Shown: piece by piece, positions 17,232 to 25,796 of the stretch | How positions within the stretch are numbered: the stretch's first letter is position 1 | Layout of the letters: each line of letters opens with the position of its first letter | Source of the DNA: Candidatus Woesearchaeota archaeon CG07_land_8_20_14_0_80_44_23 | GTDB lineage: Archaea; Nanobdellota; Nanobdellia; Woesearchaeales; 0-14-0-80-44-23 | Length of the DNA stretch: 50,439 nucleotides | Assembly: GCA_002779235.1 (NCBI GenBank) | Contig: PEXD01000070.1 | Location: 1 to 50,439 of the forward strand | Direction: 5' to 3' | Notes under the pieces: generated by a model | What the model was told of the DNA's origin: nothing | Seen by the model: the letters and a program-made list of their open reading frames with translations, nothing else | The model's database searches: none | Program-made: the position numbers and the translations under genes

Positions 17232-17909
17232 TTACTTCTTCTTTATCTTCTTTATTTTGCCTGCAATCTTTTCAATGAGATGCCTGCTGTGATGTGACAG
17301 GGATGAGCCGGCTTTCCTGCCCTTTCTTATTGCCTTTCCGGCAACGTCAAAATCCCAGAGCACTCCCGGCATGTCCTTCATCCTGTTTCCCCACTTCTCA
17401 AAGAAGCATAGTGTCTCTATGGAATACCGGCTTGGGCTGTCAGGGCTCTCGTCAGGATGCCCTATCGGGACAATTGCCTCTATTCTCGTGCTGTCCGGGT
17501 TTTCCAGCACCCTCTGGACTGCGTTCTCGTCAAACGCGCCTATCCAGCAGGCGCCTAATCCAAGCGAATAGGCTGCAAGCAGCATGTTCTCAACAGCTGC
17601 TGCGCAGTTTTGTATGGCATAAAGGCGCTCCCCCCTTATGCCGTAGAACTTCCTCATCTTGTCCATGTCCGAGCACACAGCTATGAGAACAGGCGCCTTC
17701 CCCATCCAGTACTGCTGGGCAGATGCCTCTGCTATGGCCTTCCTCTTTGCCTCGTCTGTCACTATTATTAGCCGCCAGTTCTGCAGGTTTCCTGAGGATG
17801 GGGCGCTCATGCCGGCCTCTATAATTCTCACTACATCTCCCCAGGCAACGGGCTCGTCAGTGAATTTCCTTATGCTTCTCCTTTCAATCATCGCCTCGAA
17901 AAGATCCAT
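17232..17909 (-). CDS. Nitroreductase-family flavoprotein
   Basis: MIERRSIRKFTDEPV and SAPSSGNLQNWRLIIV. The start is set at ATG 17909 because a TATA-like AAATTTATTAAG box lies about 28 nt upstream. Confidence 0.8.
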   Translation of the reverse strand: MDLFEAMIERRSIRKFTDEPVAWGDVVRIIEAGMSAPSSGNLQNWRLIIVTDEAKRKAIAEASAQQYWMGKAPVLIAVCSDMDKMRKFYGIRGERLYAIQNCAAAVENMLLAAYSLGLGACWIGAFDENAVQRVLENPDSTRIEAIVPIGHPDESPDSPSRYSIETLCFFEKWGNRMKDMPGVLWDFDVAGKAIRKGRKAGSSLSHHSRHLIEKIAGKIKKIKKK

Positions 17910-17997
17910 GGATGGGCAGAAACTTTCCCGCTTAATAAATTTAACTGAAAAGCAAATGGCAGAAAAGGGAGTCCTGCCCATTTTTATTGTCGAGCCA

Positions 17998-18147
17998 GAA
18001 ATATTTTAATAATTTAAATTACTTTTATAATGAAAATATTTTAATGTAAAAGTATAAAACTTCTTAGGTAACTGAAATATTTTTATTCTTTAATAATAAA
18101 GATAAGTTAGGAAATCGTTATATTAAACAATAGCAAAATATTTAAAT
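17998..18147. repeat. Four dispersed copies of a GAAA(A)TATTTT(A)AT motif in an extremely AT-rich spacer
   Basis: The copies start at 17998, 18032, 18074 and 18134. They lie inside the ~295-nt gap between the divergent nitroreductase and RHH genes. Confidence 0.5.
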
Positions 18148-18204
18148 AAGAAAGATTATGTAAATCACATAAATAATAAAAAAATCATAGCAGCGTCGTG
18201 AAGA

Positions 18205-18378
18205 ATGAAGAAGGTCAACATCGGCTTGAAGGACGAAATCCACTCTCAGGCGAAGATAATTTCTGTGCTCAAGAAAACGACGCTGCAGGAGTACCTTCAG
18301 GAAGCGATTGAGGCCGCGGTCAGGAAAGACCATGCTCTCCTGGGAAAGATAAGAGGTGAGAAGGAAGAGAGCGCTTAG
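18205..18378 (+). CDS. Ribbon-helix-helix (CopG/Arc-like) small DNA-binding protein, 57 aa
   Basis: My own translation is MKKVNIGLKDEIHSQAKIISVLKKTTLQEYLQEAIEAAVRKDHALLGKIRGEKEESA*, which shows a beta-strand/helix/helix pattern. A TATA-like ATAAATAATAAA box lies about 30 nt upstream. It is below the ORF-track length cutoff. Confidence 0.6.
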   Translation: MKKVNIGLKDEIHSQAKIISVLKKTTLQEYLQEAIEAAVRKDHALLGKIRGEKEESA

Positions 18379-18388
18379 TTTTCATGCT

Positions 18389-18485
18389 CAAGGGGCTGTG
18401 CGTGTAGGTATTGAAGTTGATACTTCTATAACTGATGTTGACACCCCCAATCTCGACATCAAATACCTAGCAAATCAGCCCCTTG
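18389..18485. other. 97-nt long imperfect hairpin (candidate structured RNA or DNA palindrome)
   Basis: The outer arms CAAGGGGCTG (18389-18398) and CAGCCCCTTG (18476-18485) pair perfectly. The inner arms are TAGGTATT/AATACCTA, extended by GAAGTTGA/TCGACATC with one mismatch and one G:U. There is a 6x6 internal loop and a 31-nt apical loop. Confidence 0.5.
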
Positions 18486-18566
18486 CCCCCTTTTCTGGTG
18501 CAGAATCATAATTTAGAAAAAGTTATAAACCCCCTGAGATAATGTGCCTGCAGTGGGGTATTAATC

Positions 18567-19322
18567 ATGGAAGATTTCAGCGGGCTTGATTCTGTAGTGA
18601 AAAAGTTTTACAACGACGAGAAATGTGCTGCTCTCAGGGAGGAATTCTCGAAGAACAAGCATGTGATAGGCATAGCAGGAAACATCGGCGTGGGCAAGTC
18701 CACGCTTGCAAACATTCTTGGCGGGCTGCTCAACTGCCCTGTCTACAAGGAGCTGGACAAGAAAAATCCCTACCTTGATAAGTTCTACAAGAATCCCAAA
18801 GAGTGGGCATACAAGAGCCAGATTTTCTTCCTTGAGGCAAAATCCGAGAAGATGAATGAGATAACAGGCGGGAGCTCCTCTGCGATAGTGGATAGGACAA
18901 TCTATGAGGATATTGGGGTTTTTGCCCGCGCCCAAAAGGAGTTCGGCTACATGAGCAAAGAGGAATGGGCTGATTATGAAAGGCGGAGCAGAGAGATTAC
19001 AGAAAACCTTCCCTATCCTGATATGATATTATATCTCAGGGGGAATCCGAATCCCACTCTCATGGAAAGGATAAATGAGAGGAAAAGGCCTGAGGAGATG
19101 AACGGCTCTACCCTTGATGTTGAATACCTTCACCTCCTGAACGGGTTTTACGAGCTTATGGTATATTCGCTGAGAAAAGAAGGAAAGACAAAGATTGGAG
19201 TTATAGAAACGGACTATTCAAAGCAGGAGATACTGTCTCATTGTGAGAAGAATTCAGTTATAGAAAAAGTCACTGGCAATGCAATAGACCGCCTCTACAA
19301 ATTCTTATGCGCAAAAGAGTAA
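18567..19322 (+). CDS. Deoxynucleoside kinase family protein
   Basis: P-loop GNIGVGKSTL, a DRTIYED (ERS-type) motif and an Arg-rich lid (ERINERKRPEE). Confidence 0.8.
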   Translation: MEDFSGLDSVVKKFYNDEKCAALREEFSKNKHVIGIAGNIGVGKSTLANILGGLLNCPVYKELDKKNPYLDKFYKNPKEWAYKSQIFFLEAKSEKMNEITGGSSSAIVDRTIYEDIGVFARAQKEFGYMSKEEWADYERRSREITENLPYPDMILYLRGNPNPTLMERINERKRPEEMNGSTLDVEYLHLLNGFYELMVYSLRKEGKTKIGVIETDYSKQEILSHCEKNSVIEKVTGNAIDRLYKFLCAKE

Positions 19323-19378
19323 TGCCGGCATAGAAAACCTTTTAATAAAAGCGCTTTTCCCTTGTCAGGGGAATTGAG

Positions 19379-20422
19379 ATGGCATTGACAAAAGAGGAGA
19401 TTGAGGAGATAAGGGCATATCTTGACAAGTCCGAGAGGCCCATCTACTTCTTTGACGACGATCCTGACGGGCTCTGCTCCTTCCTGCTTTTCTACCGGGC
19501 TAACGGGAGGGGCAAAGGCGTGATTGTAAAGTCGAGCCCTGAGGTCAAGGAGGAGTATGCCGCAAAGGTTAATGAGTATGACTCTGACATGGTTTTCGTG
19601 CTTGACAAGCCGTTATTAAGCCCTGATTTTGTGGAGAACTGCAACAAGCCTATTGTCTGGCTGGACCACCACGCCCCTGCAGGCATTCCAGGAGTCAAGT
19701 ATTACAATCCGCGGCTGAATGATATCCGCGACAGCAGGCCAACCTCCTTCTGGTGCTACAAGATAATTGAAGAGGATTTGTGGATGGCAATGGTGGGCAT
19801 GATTGGGGACTGGTTCATAGATGAGCGGCTTGCAGAGAAATTCTCGGAAGAATACCCTGATCTGCTGCCTAAAAAGCTGAGCGACCCTGCAGAGATACTC
19901 TTCAATACAAAGCTTGGCGAGCTGAGCAGGATTTTCTCGTTCGCCCTTAAGGGCAGGACAAGCGAAGTTATGAAGTGCATAAAGATACTCACAAGGATAA
20001 AGAGCCCTTATGAGATACTCAATCAGGAGAGCCCGGCAGGCAATTTTATCTACAAAAGATATTTCTCTGTCAAGGATGAGTATGACTCGCTGATAAATGA
20101 CATTCTCAAGAAGCACTCAAAGGACAATCCTATAGTTTACCTCTACCCAAGCAAGAAGATGAGCTTCACAGGGGAGCTGAGCAACGAGTTGCTTTACAGG
20201 TTCCCTGACCGCATCAACATAATAGGCAGGGAGAAGAACGGCTATGTGAAGTGCAGCCTCCGCTCATCCAGGGGCAACCTTCCAGAGCAGATAAAAAAGG
20301 CGCTCGTGGGGCTTGACGGCTATGGGGGCGGGCACGAGAATGCCTGCGGGCTTTGTGTCAGGGAGAGGGAGTTTGACACCTTCCTTGAGCGCCTGAAAAA
20401 AGAAACAGGAATCAGGAATTGA
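19379..20422 (+). CDS. DHH/DHHA1 phosphoesterase (RecJ/NrnA-like)
   Basis: FFDDDPDGLCS, DHH motif WLDHHAP, GMIGDWF, and DHHA1 motif GGGHENACG. Confidence 0.75.
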   Translation: MALTKEEIEEIRAYLDKSERPIYFFDDDPDGLCSFLLFYRANGRGKGVIVKSSPEVKEEYAAKVNEYDSDMVFVLDKPLLSPDFVENCNKPIVWLDHHAPAGIPGVKYYNPRLNDIRDSRPTSFWCYKIIEEDLWMAMVGMIGDWFIDERLAEKFSEEYPDLLPKKLSDPAEILFNTKLGELSRIFSFALKGRTSEVMKCIKILTRIKSPYEILNQESPAGNFIYKRYFSVKDEYDSLINDILKKHSKDNPIVYLYPSKKMSFTGELSNELLYRFPDRINIIGREKNGYVKCSLRSSRGNLPEQIKKALVGLDGYGGGHENACGLCVREREFDTFLERLKKETGIRN

Positions 20423-20891
20423 TTCTTCTGTTTTTTAGGTAAGGAATCAGCCCGAGGCAGCCTATTGCTGCTGAGAGCATGAACCCTGCAACTGGATTGG
20501 CATGCTTTTCCTTTCCACAGCCAACACCAGGAAGTATATGGGCTGCCACAAACAGAGAGGGGGTTATTTCTCCCTGCGATTCGGGGCTTATCTCAATCTC
20601 TGCATTGGAATCTGCGCATGATTTTTTTGCAGTGGCGTTTACAACTGCCCTCGCTTTTGCAGGTATCAGGACATTTTCCTGCGAAAATGAGACAGCTCCA
20701 GAGTTTTCTTTTATGAAAAAATTCATTTCCCTGCCTTCAATGTTGAATATTGTTAACTGCATCGGACTGCCCCCTGCTGTGAGCGAGAGCGCATCAGGGG
20801 AAACCGCCACTGAAACTGCAAATGCTTTGGTTGCAGCAAGAAGCGAAATTAAAGCTGCAATGAAAAAAATGAAGTGCTTTATCCTGCTCAC
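20412..20891 (-). CDS. Secreted protein with N-terminal signal peptide and C-terminal TM anchor
   Basis: The signal-like N-terminus is MSRIKHFIFFIAALISLLAATKAFA. The C-terminus ends in a hydrophobic helix plus basic tail (FMLSAAIGCLGLIPYLKNRR). A 4-nt overlap links it to the upstream LTD gene. Confidence 0.5.
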   Translation of the reverse strand: MSRIKHFIFFIAALISLLAATKAFAVSVAVSPDALSLTAGGSPMQLTIFNIEGREMNFFIKENSGAVSFSQENVLIPAKARAVVNATAKKSCADSNAEIEISPESQGEITPSLFVAAHILPGVGCGKEKHANPVAGFMLSAAIGCLGLIPYLKNRRINS

Positions 20892-22198
20892 CTGCCCCTT
20901 GCAGTTATCATTATTGTGCCGCTGTAGTTTCCCTTAATTGAGCCGGCGGGAATGGTTAGCCGGAGCGTAAGAGGGGCTTTTTCTTCAGGGAAAAGCATCG
21001 GCCCTTCTTTCGGCTCCTGCGAGAGCGCCTGCAGCCCTTCAGGTATTTCTGAGAATGCAAACCCTGCAATTTCCGGGCCCAATGAGCTGTTTGCCCCTGA
21101 AAACCCGCCTGAGAATATGCTTGTTGAAATGTTCCTGTTGCCTATGTTTGAGAGAGTCGGCTTCCCTTCTGTTGCAGTGTCATAATCTCCTATTATCTCA
21201 AATGAGGAGCCGGCGGGCAGCTGCGGCAGCAGGATTTTGGGAGAATCAACTGACAGGGCTATGAGGGGCTCATACTCAAAAGTTATGCTTGCCTCTTCAG
21301 AGGATGAGCATGCCCTTGCATATGCTGTGTAATTGCCAGGCGCATCATGGTAATGCATTGAGAAGTTTGATATTATGCTTCCATTTTCAAGGTAAAATGA
21401 GAAATTCCTTTCAATGCTGCCTGACTGGATTCTTCCGCAGAATGATGTGTTCTTGCTTGAATTTATCCTTATGAGCAATGCCTTTTCCCCGCCTGGAACT
21501 GGTATCACCTGTATTCCCGGCTTGCTGGGATTCTCGTCTGCAAGCTCAAGTGAAATTATTGCGGGCTGTTTGTCCACTGAAAATGAGAGTTCGATGCTTC
21601 CCGCAGGCGTCTGCTCTTCAGAAGCGCTCATGCTGTTCTGCGGCTCAGGATTCTCCCTGATTATGAAATCTGCGCTGTTGTCGCCAGTGTCAATATAGTT
21701 GCCTGAATATGGCATTAGCTTTCCCGGCTTTCTCTCAAAGCTCTGCCCCTGCTTCGGATTTGTGAGGGGAGTGCCTTCATAGAATCCTGCGCTTATGTTT
21801 GCCGGATTTCCCCAGCCCACTGCGTCGAGGGTTTCATTGCCTTTCATAAGCGCGACTCCTGCGTCAGAGTTTGAGATTATCATCGCTTCCTCATAATCTG
21901 CATTTGGCCAGGAAGAATTATCTTTTAGTGAAGACCATCCAGAATCAGCTATCAGGTAGAAGCCGTATGCAGGAATCACAGAGCCGTTGGGCATTGTCGC
22001 ATCGTGGCTTGAGGACTCTGTTGCAATGTAAAGCCCGCTTATGTCAACTGGAAAGCCCTCTGTGTTGTAGAGCTCCACTGCCTCCCCGCCGCTGTCTGTG
22101 CCAATTGGGTCTGCTATGACTTCGCTTATCAGGACTTTTGCAGTTGCGGCAGATGAAATCAGAAGTGCTGCCAGCAGCAAAAATAAAATTGTTTTCAT
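20888..22198 (-). CDS. Secreted lamin-tail-domain (LTD) protein
   Basis: Signal peptide MKTILFLLLAALLISSAATA. LTD motifs ISEVIADPIGTDSGGEAVELYN ... GVALMKGNETLDAVGWG. The start is set at ATG 22198 because AGGTGAT lies 4 nt upstream. Confidence 0.75.
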   Translation of the reverse strand: MKTILFLLLAALLISSAATAKVLISEVIADPIGTDSGGEAVELYNTEGFPVDISGLYIATESSSHDATMPNGSVIPAYGFYLIADSGWSSLKDNSSWPNADYEEAMIISNSDAGVALMKGNETLDAVGWGNPANISAGFYEGTPLTNPKQGQSFERKPGKLMPYSGNYIDTGDNSADFIIRENPEPQNSMSASEEQTPAGSIELSFSVDKQPAIISLELADENPSKPGIQVIPVPGGEKALLIRINSSKNTSFCGRIQSGSIERNFSFYLENGSIISNFSMHYHDAPGNYTAYARACSSSEEASITFEYEPLIALSVDSPKILLPQLPAGSSFEIIGDYDTATEGKPTLSNIGNRNISTSIFSGGFSGANSSLGPEIAGFAFSEIPEGLQALSQEPKEGPMLFPEEKAPLTLRLTIPAGSIKGNYSGTIMITARGR

Positions 22199-22319
22199 TT
22201 TATCACCTTTTATAGCAGGATTCATGAAAAAATCTCTTTATAACATTTGCCAGAAAAAAACAGAGATTTTTCCGTATAAATCGGAAAAATAATTAAATGC
22301 GATATGAATAACACCTCTC

Positions 22320-23318
22320 ATGAAAGAAGCTTTGTTCTACAAAAAGATTTTTGGAAAAAAGGTTTCATGTGAACTCTGCCCCAGGCACTGCATAATCTTG
22401 GACGGCAAGTTCGGCTTCTGCAGGGCGAGGAAGAACATCGGGGGAAAGCTTTTCTCGATGGTTTATGGAAAGCCCGCTTCAGTCCATGTCGACCCGATAG
22501 AGAAGAAGCCCCTCTTTCATTTCCTGCCCGGCTCAAGCTCGCTCTCGCTGGGCACAACCGGATGCAACTTTGCCTGCGACAACTGCCAGAACTATGAGAT
22601 TTCGCAGGCGGAATTCTCTGATTACAATGAAGAAGAAATCCCCGCTGAAAAGATAGTTGCGCTTGCGAAAGAGAACATGTGCAAAAGCATCTCATTCACC
22701 TACAACGAGCCCACCATATTTTTTGAGTACATGCTGGACATTGCAAAGCTTGCAAGGAAAGAAAAAATAAAAAATGTAATTGTGAGCAACGGCTACATTG
22801 AGAAAAAGCCGCTTTCTGCGCTTTCAAAATACATTGACGCTGCAAACATAGATTTGAAGGGGGACGCTGGCTTTTATAAGAGAGTGTGCAAGGCAGAGGA
22901 AGCGCCGGTTCTGGAAACATTAAAGGCATTGAAAAAGGCAGGGGTCTGGCTTGAGCTGACAAATCTTCTCATCACTGGGATGAATGATTCAGAAAAAGAT
23001 ATTGAGAAGCTCTGCATCTGGATTGAAAAAAATCTTGGAAGGAGCGTTCCGCTGCACTTCTCAAGGTTCTTCCCTGTGTATAAGATGCTGGATGTTAAAG
23101 TCACCCCTGAATCCTCGCTTGAAAGGGCTTATTCAATTGCAAAGAGGCACCTTGACTTTGTCTATACAGGCAACATAATGAACGGGCATGAGGACACCTC
23201 CTGCATGAAATGCGGCAGGGCAGTTGTCAGGCGCTCCGGCTTTTTTGTCGAGGAAAACCAGATTGAGAAAGGAAAGTGCAGGTTCTGCAAAACAAAAATT
23301 CCTGGTGTCTGGGAGTAA
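22320..23318 (+). CDS. amrS: AmmeMemoRadiSam-system radical SAM enzyme (AmrS, PFL-activase-like)
   Basis: N-terminal Cys motif CELCPRHC...FCRARKN and the radical SAM motif GCNFACDNCQN. Length and C-terminal Cys pattern fit AmrS. Confidence 0.75.
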   Translation: MKEALFYKKIFGKKVSCELCPRHCIILDGKFGFCRARKNIGGKLFSMVYGKPASVHVDPIEKKPLFHFLPGSSSLSLGTTGCNFACDNCQNYEISQAEFSDYNEEEIPAEKIVALAKENMCKSISFTYNEPTIFFEYMLDIAKLARKEKIKNVIVSNGYIEKKPLSALSKYIDAANIDLKGDAGFYKRVCKAEEAPVLETLKALKKAGVWLELTNLLITGMNDSEKDIEKLCIWIEKNLGRSVPLHFSRFFPVYKMLDVKVTPESSLERAYSIAKRHLDFVYTGNIMNGHEDTSCMKCGRAVVRRSGFFVEENQIEKGKCRFCKTKIPGVWE

Positions 23319-23392
23319 CTGCTTCCGGAGCTGCCGGAATAAATGCGCAAATTTTTTTATAAGTTTATAAAGCGGAAAAGCAATTTTCAGCC

Positions 23393-23689
23393 ATGAAATT
23401 ATGCACATTTGCTGTGCTCGCGGCATTGCTGTTCCTCACTGCAGAGCCCTGCATCGCAGCCAGGAAATCTGAAAGTCCTGCTGCGACAGGCATAACTCTT
23501 AGTTTTGGCGTGGGGGCGCAAGATCAGAATTTGATTTCAGGCAGTGCAGTGCTTTATTCTGCGCTGGGAAAGAAGCGGACTGCAGCAGCAGCGCTTGTTG
23601 CCGTCTTCGCAGTATCTCTCCTGGCTGCGCTGGCAAAAAATAGATTTCAAGAAAATAAAAAATATGAAAATCATAAAAATAAATTTTAG
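23393..23689 (+). CDS. Small secreted/membrane protein, hypothetical
   Basis: 98 aa with an N-terminal signal-like helix and a second hydrophobic helix. A TATA-like AAGTTTATAAAG box lies about 26 nt upstream of the ATG. Confidence 0.4.
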   Translation: MKLCTFAVLAALLFLTAEPCIAARKSESPAATGITLSFGVGAQDQNLISGSAVLYSALGKKRTAAAALVAVFAVSLLAALAKNRFQENKKYENHKNKF

Positions 23690-25611
23690 TTGAGTTCCAA
23701 TTCTTTAACCCTCTCCCAGCTGTTCTCATTGACAACCACAATCTTTGAGTCAGTCAGGATGTACATGTAGTCGTTGATGTAAAGGGCCCTCCTGACACTG
23801 CTTTCGCTTATGCTCTTCAGCAGTTCCACCTTGTCATTCTTATAGCTGAATATGTATCCGCCCTGCGAGCCGGGAAGGAAGAACACTTCATGCTTTTTGT
23901 CTATGAGGAATGCGTGGTGGGTGTTGAGTATGTCGCTCCAGTATTCTGAGAGAACATACTTGTCAAGCTCTTTCGGGTTTGCAACATCGCTCACATCAAA
24001 GAGCGAGACCTTCACCTGGCTGCTCTCCTTTCCGATTCCTATGATTGTTGAGTCGTCAATAGGGTGCAGGTAGGCGCTGTATCCCGGAATCTTGAGCTCG
24101 CCCTTTATTTCCGGCTTCTCAGGATTTGAAAGGTCCATTATAAAGAAGGGGTCTGTCTGCCTGAATGTAACCACATAGCCCTTGTCGCCTATGAACCTGA
24201 CTGAGTATATTCTCTCTGTTTCTCCAAACTTTTCTGTCTCGCCAATTACTTTCAAATCGCTGTTCAGAACATATACAGCATTCTCTGAGCTGTCCCAGCT
24301 TCCGATTGTAACTGCTGTTCTCAGGTTTCCCTCAAATTCATCCATTGCAAACTGGTTGAGGAGCTGTCCCGGAATTTCCCCAGATGCCTTTATCTCCAGG
24401 CTGTCTAGCTCTATCTTTGCAATTCTCGTCCTCTGAAGCTCTTTTCTGTGCTTCACAAAGAAATCATTCATCCTGTTTTCCATAGTGAGCATTTCATCTT
24501 TCGGAAGCGATGGTATATATTCTTGCAGGACAGTTTGAAGTTCTGTCATCTTCGCATACTCTGAAATGTCATAGGTTGCAAGCGCCCTCACCTTGTCAAC
24601 AATCTTTGCAGGGAAGATGTCGCTGTTTTCAAGGATGAATGCGCTGTAAATCTCATACTCTGACTTTGTGTATGAAACTGCAAGGAAAATGTTCTTTTCT
24701 GATATGTAGACAGTTGTCTGCGAGCTTGGGGCGAGCACTGACGCCTTGTTTTCAAGATTGCCTGTCTTTGGGTCTATCTCAAAGATGAAGTAGTCAGTGT
24801 TCAATGTCATGCTGCCTTGGGGGTAATATGTGTCAGTGCATCTGACAACAACTCCGTCCATCGGAGCAATCTCACAGGGCGTATACTGGCTGACATACTT
24901 TGTCAGCACAAGATACAGTTTACCATTGTAGAGCCTTGCTGTGAGCAGTGAGGAATCGTTCAGGGAAAAATGCCACAATTCCCTGTAATCTGAGGTGTCA
25001 TAGCCGATGATTTTTTGAGATGCCAGTACTATCAGGACATTATCAGAAAGAAGGAGCTGCCCTGAGTCGGATATGTTTGCCTTGACTGATAATTCAGATA
25101 AAGGATACGCACCCACCACAAGTGTTCTGCCCTGCTGGTAATAAGGAGGCATCATTCTGCCCTCCCTATACACTGGCCCCCAGTAGTAGTTTTGCGGGGA
25201 ATAATAAATGTTATTCCCGTCTGTCTTCACAATGTCCGGCTCGTCTATTCCTAATACCTGGACATTTGTCTCTGAATAGCGCTCAACATCGGCTGAATCA
25301 GGAGATGGCGCCATTGAAGCAGCAGTTGATGCTGATTCCATTTTTGAGGCACTCATTGCAGCTGAGCTGAAAACAGCAACTCCGCCATATTCATAATATT
25401 GCTGGCTGCTCACTTTTTCAGAGAACTCCTTCTCTGAGCTGAACCTTGCAAAGCCTGTCTCGCCTGCAGGAAAGATTGTGCGGTAGTTGCCTCTGGCTAT
25501 TCCCCATATTGCCAGCCCTGCAGCAGCAACTATGACTGCAAGGAAAACCAGAACTATTATTGCGCTTTCCCCTTTGCTTCCAATTTTTCTTTTTGTTGTT
25601 TTTTGTCTCAT
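23686..25611 (-). CDS. Secreted beta-propeller domain protein (COG4880/PF09826-like)
   Basis: An N-terminal TM helix and the characteristic C-terminal block DPFFIMDLSNPEKPEIKGELKIPGYSAYLHPIDD. AGGTGAT lies 7 nt upstream of the ATG. Confidence 0.75.
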   Translation of the reverse strand: MRQKTTKRKIGSKGESAIIVLVFLAVIVAAAGLAIWGIARGNYRTIFPAGETGFARFSSEKEFSEKVSSQQYYEYGGVAVFSSAAMSASKMESASTAASMAPSPDSADVERYSETNVQVLGIDEPDIVKTDGNNIYYSPQNYYWGPVYREGRMMPPYYQQGRTLVVGAYPLSELSVKANISDSGQLLLSDNVLIVLASQKIIGYDTSDYRELWHFSLNDSSLLTARLYNGKLYLVLTKYVSQYTPCEIAPMDGVVVRCTDTYYPQGSMTLNTDYFIFEIDPKTGNLENKASVLAPSSQTTVYISEKNIFLAVSYTKSEYEIYSAFILENSDIFPAKIVDKVRALATYDISEYAKMTELQTVLQEYIPSLPKDEMLTMENRMNDFFVKHRKELQRTRIAKIELDSLEIKASGEIPGQLLNQFAMDEFEGNLRTAVTIGSWDSSENAVYVLNSDLKVIGETEKFGETERIYSVRFIGDKGYVVTFRQTDPFFIMDLSNPEKPEIKGELKIPGYSAYLHPIDDSTIIGIGKESSQVKVSLFDVSDVANPKELDKYVLSEYWSDILNTHHAFLIDKKHEVFFLPGSQGGYIFSYKNDKVELLKSISESSVRRALYINDYMYILTDSKIVVVNENSWERVKELELN

Positions 25612-25796
25612 AAAAGCATCACCTAAACTGGCTTAAGCCCCTAGTTATAAATACCTTTTTATAGTTCCAAATGGAGTTGAAGTTAACATTATTCATAATG
25701 ATTTTTCAGGTAAAAATTGACTGGGAAAATATCGGATGTTTAGAAAGGTTTTTAAAGCGTGTCGGCTTACTTTTTTTAGGGATTTTGTGACGGAAA

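Noticed and set aside
18142-18333. 63-aa minus-strand ORF from the track
   Set aside because: It begins in the extremely AT-rich spacer and has an implausible composition. It is antisense to a clean RHH-type ORF (18205-18378, plus strand) that has a TATA box at the right distance.
18405-18470. C/D-box sRNA candidates (searched because Nop5 and fibrillarin are present), for example around CTGATG at 18432 and TGATGA at 36622
   Set aside because: No intergenic candidate has a properly spaced C (RUGAUGA) / D' / C' / D (CUGA) set with terminal pairing. The matches are isolated boxes only.
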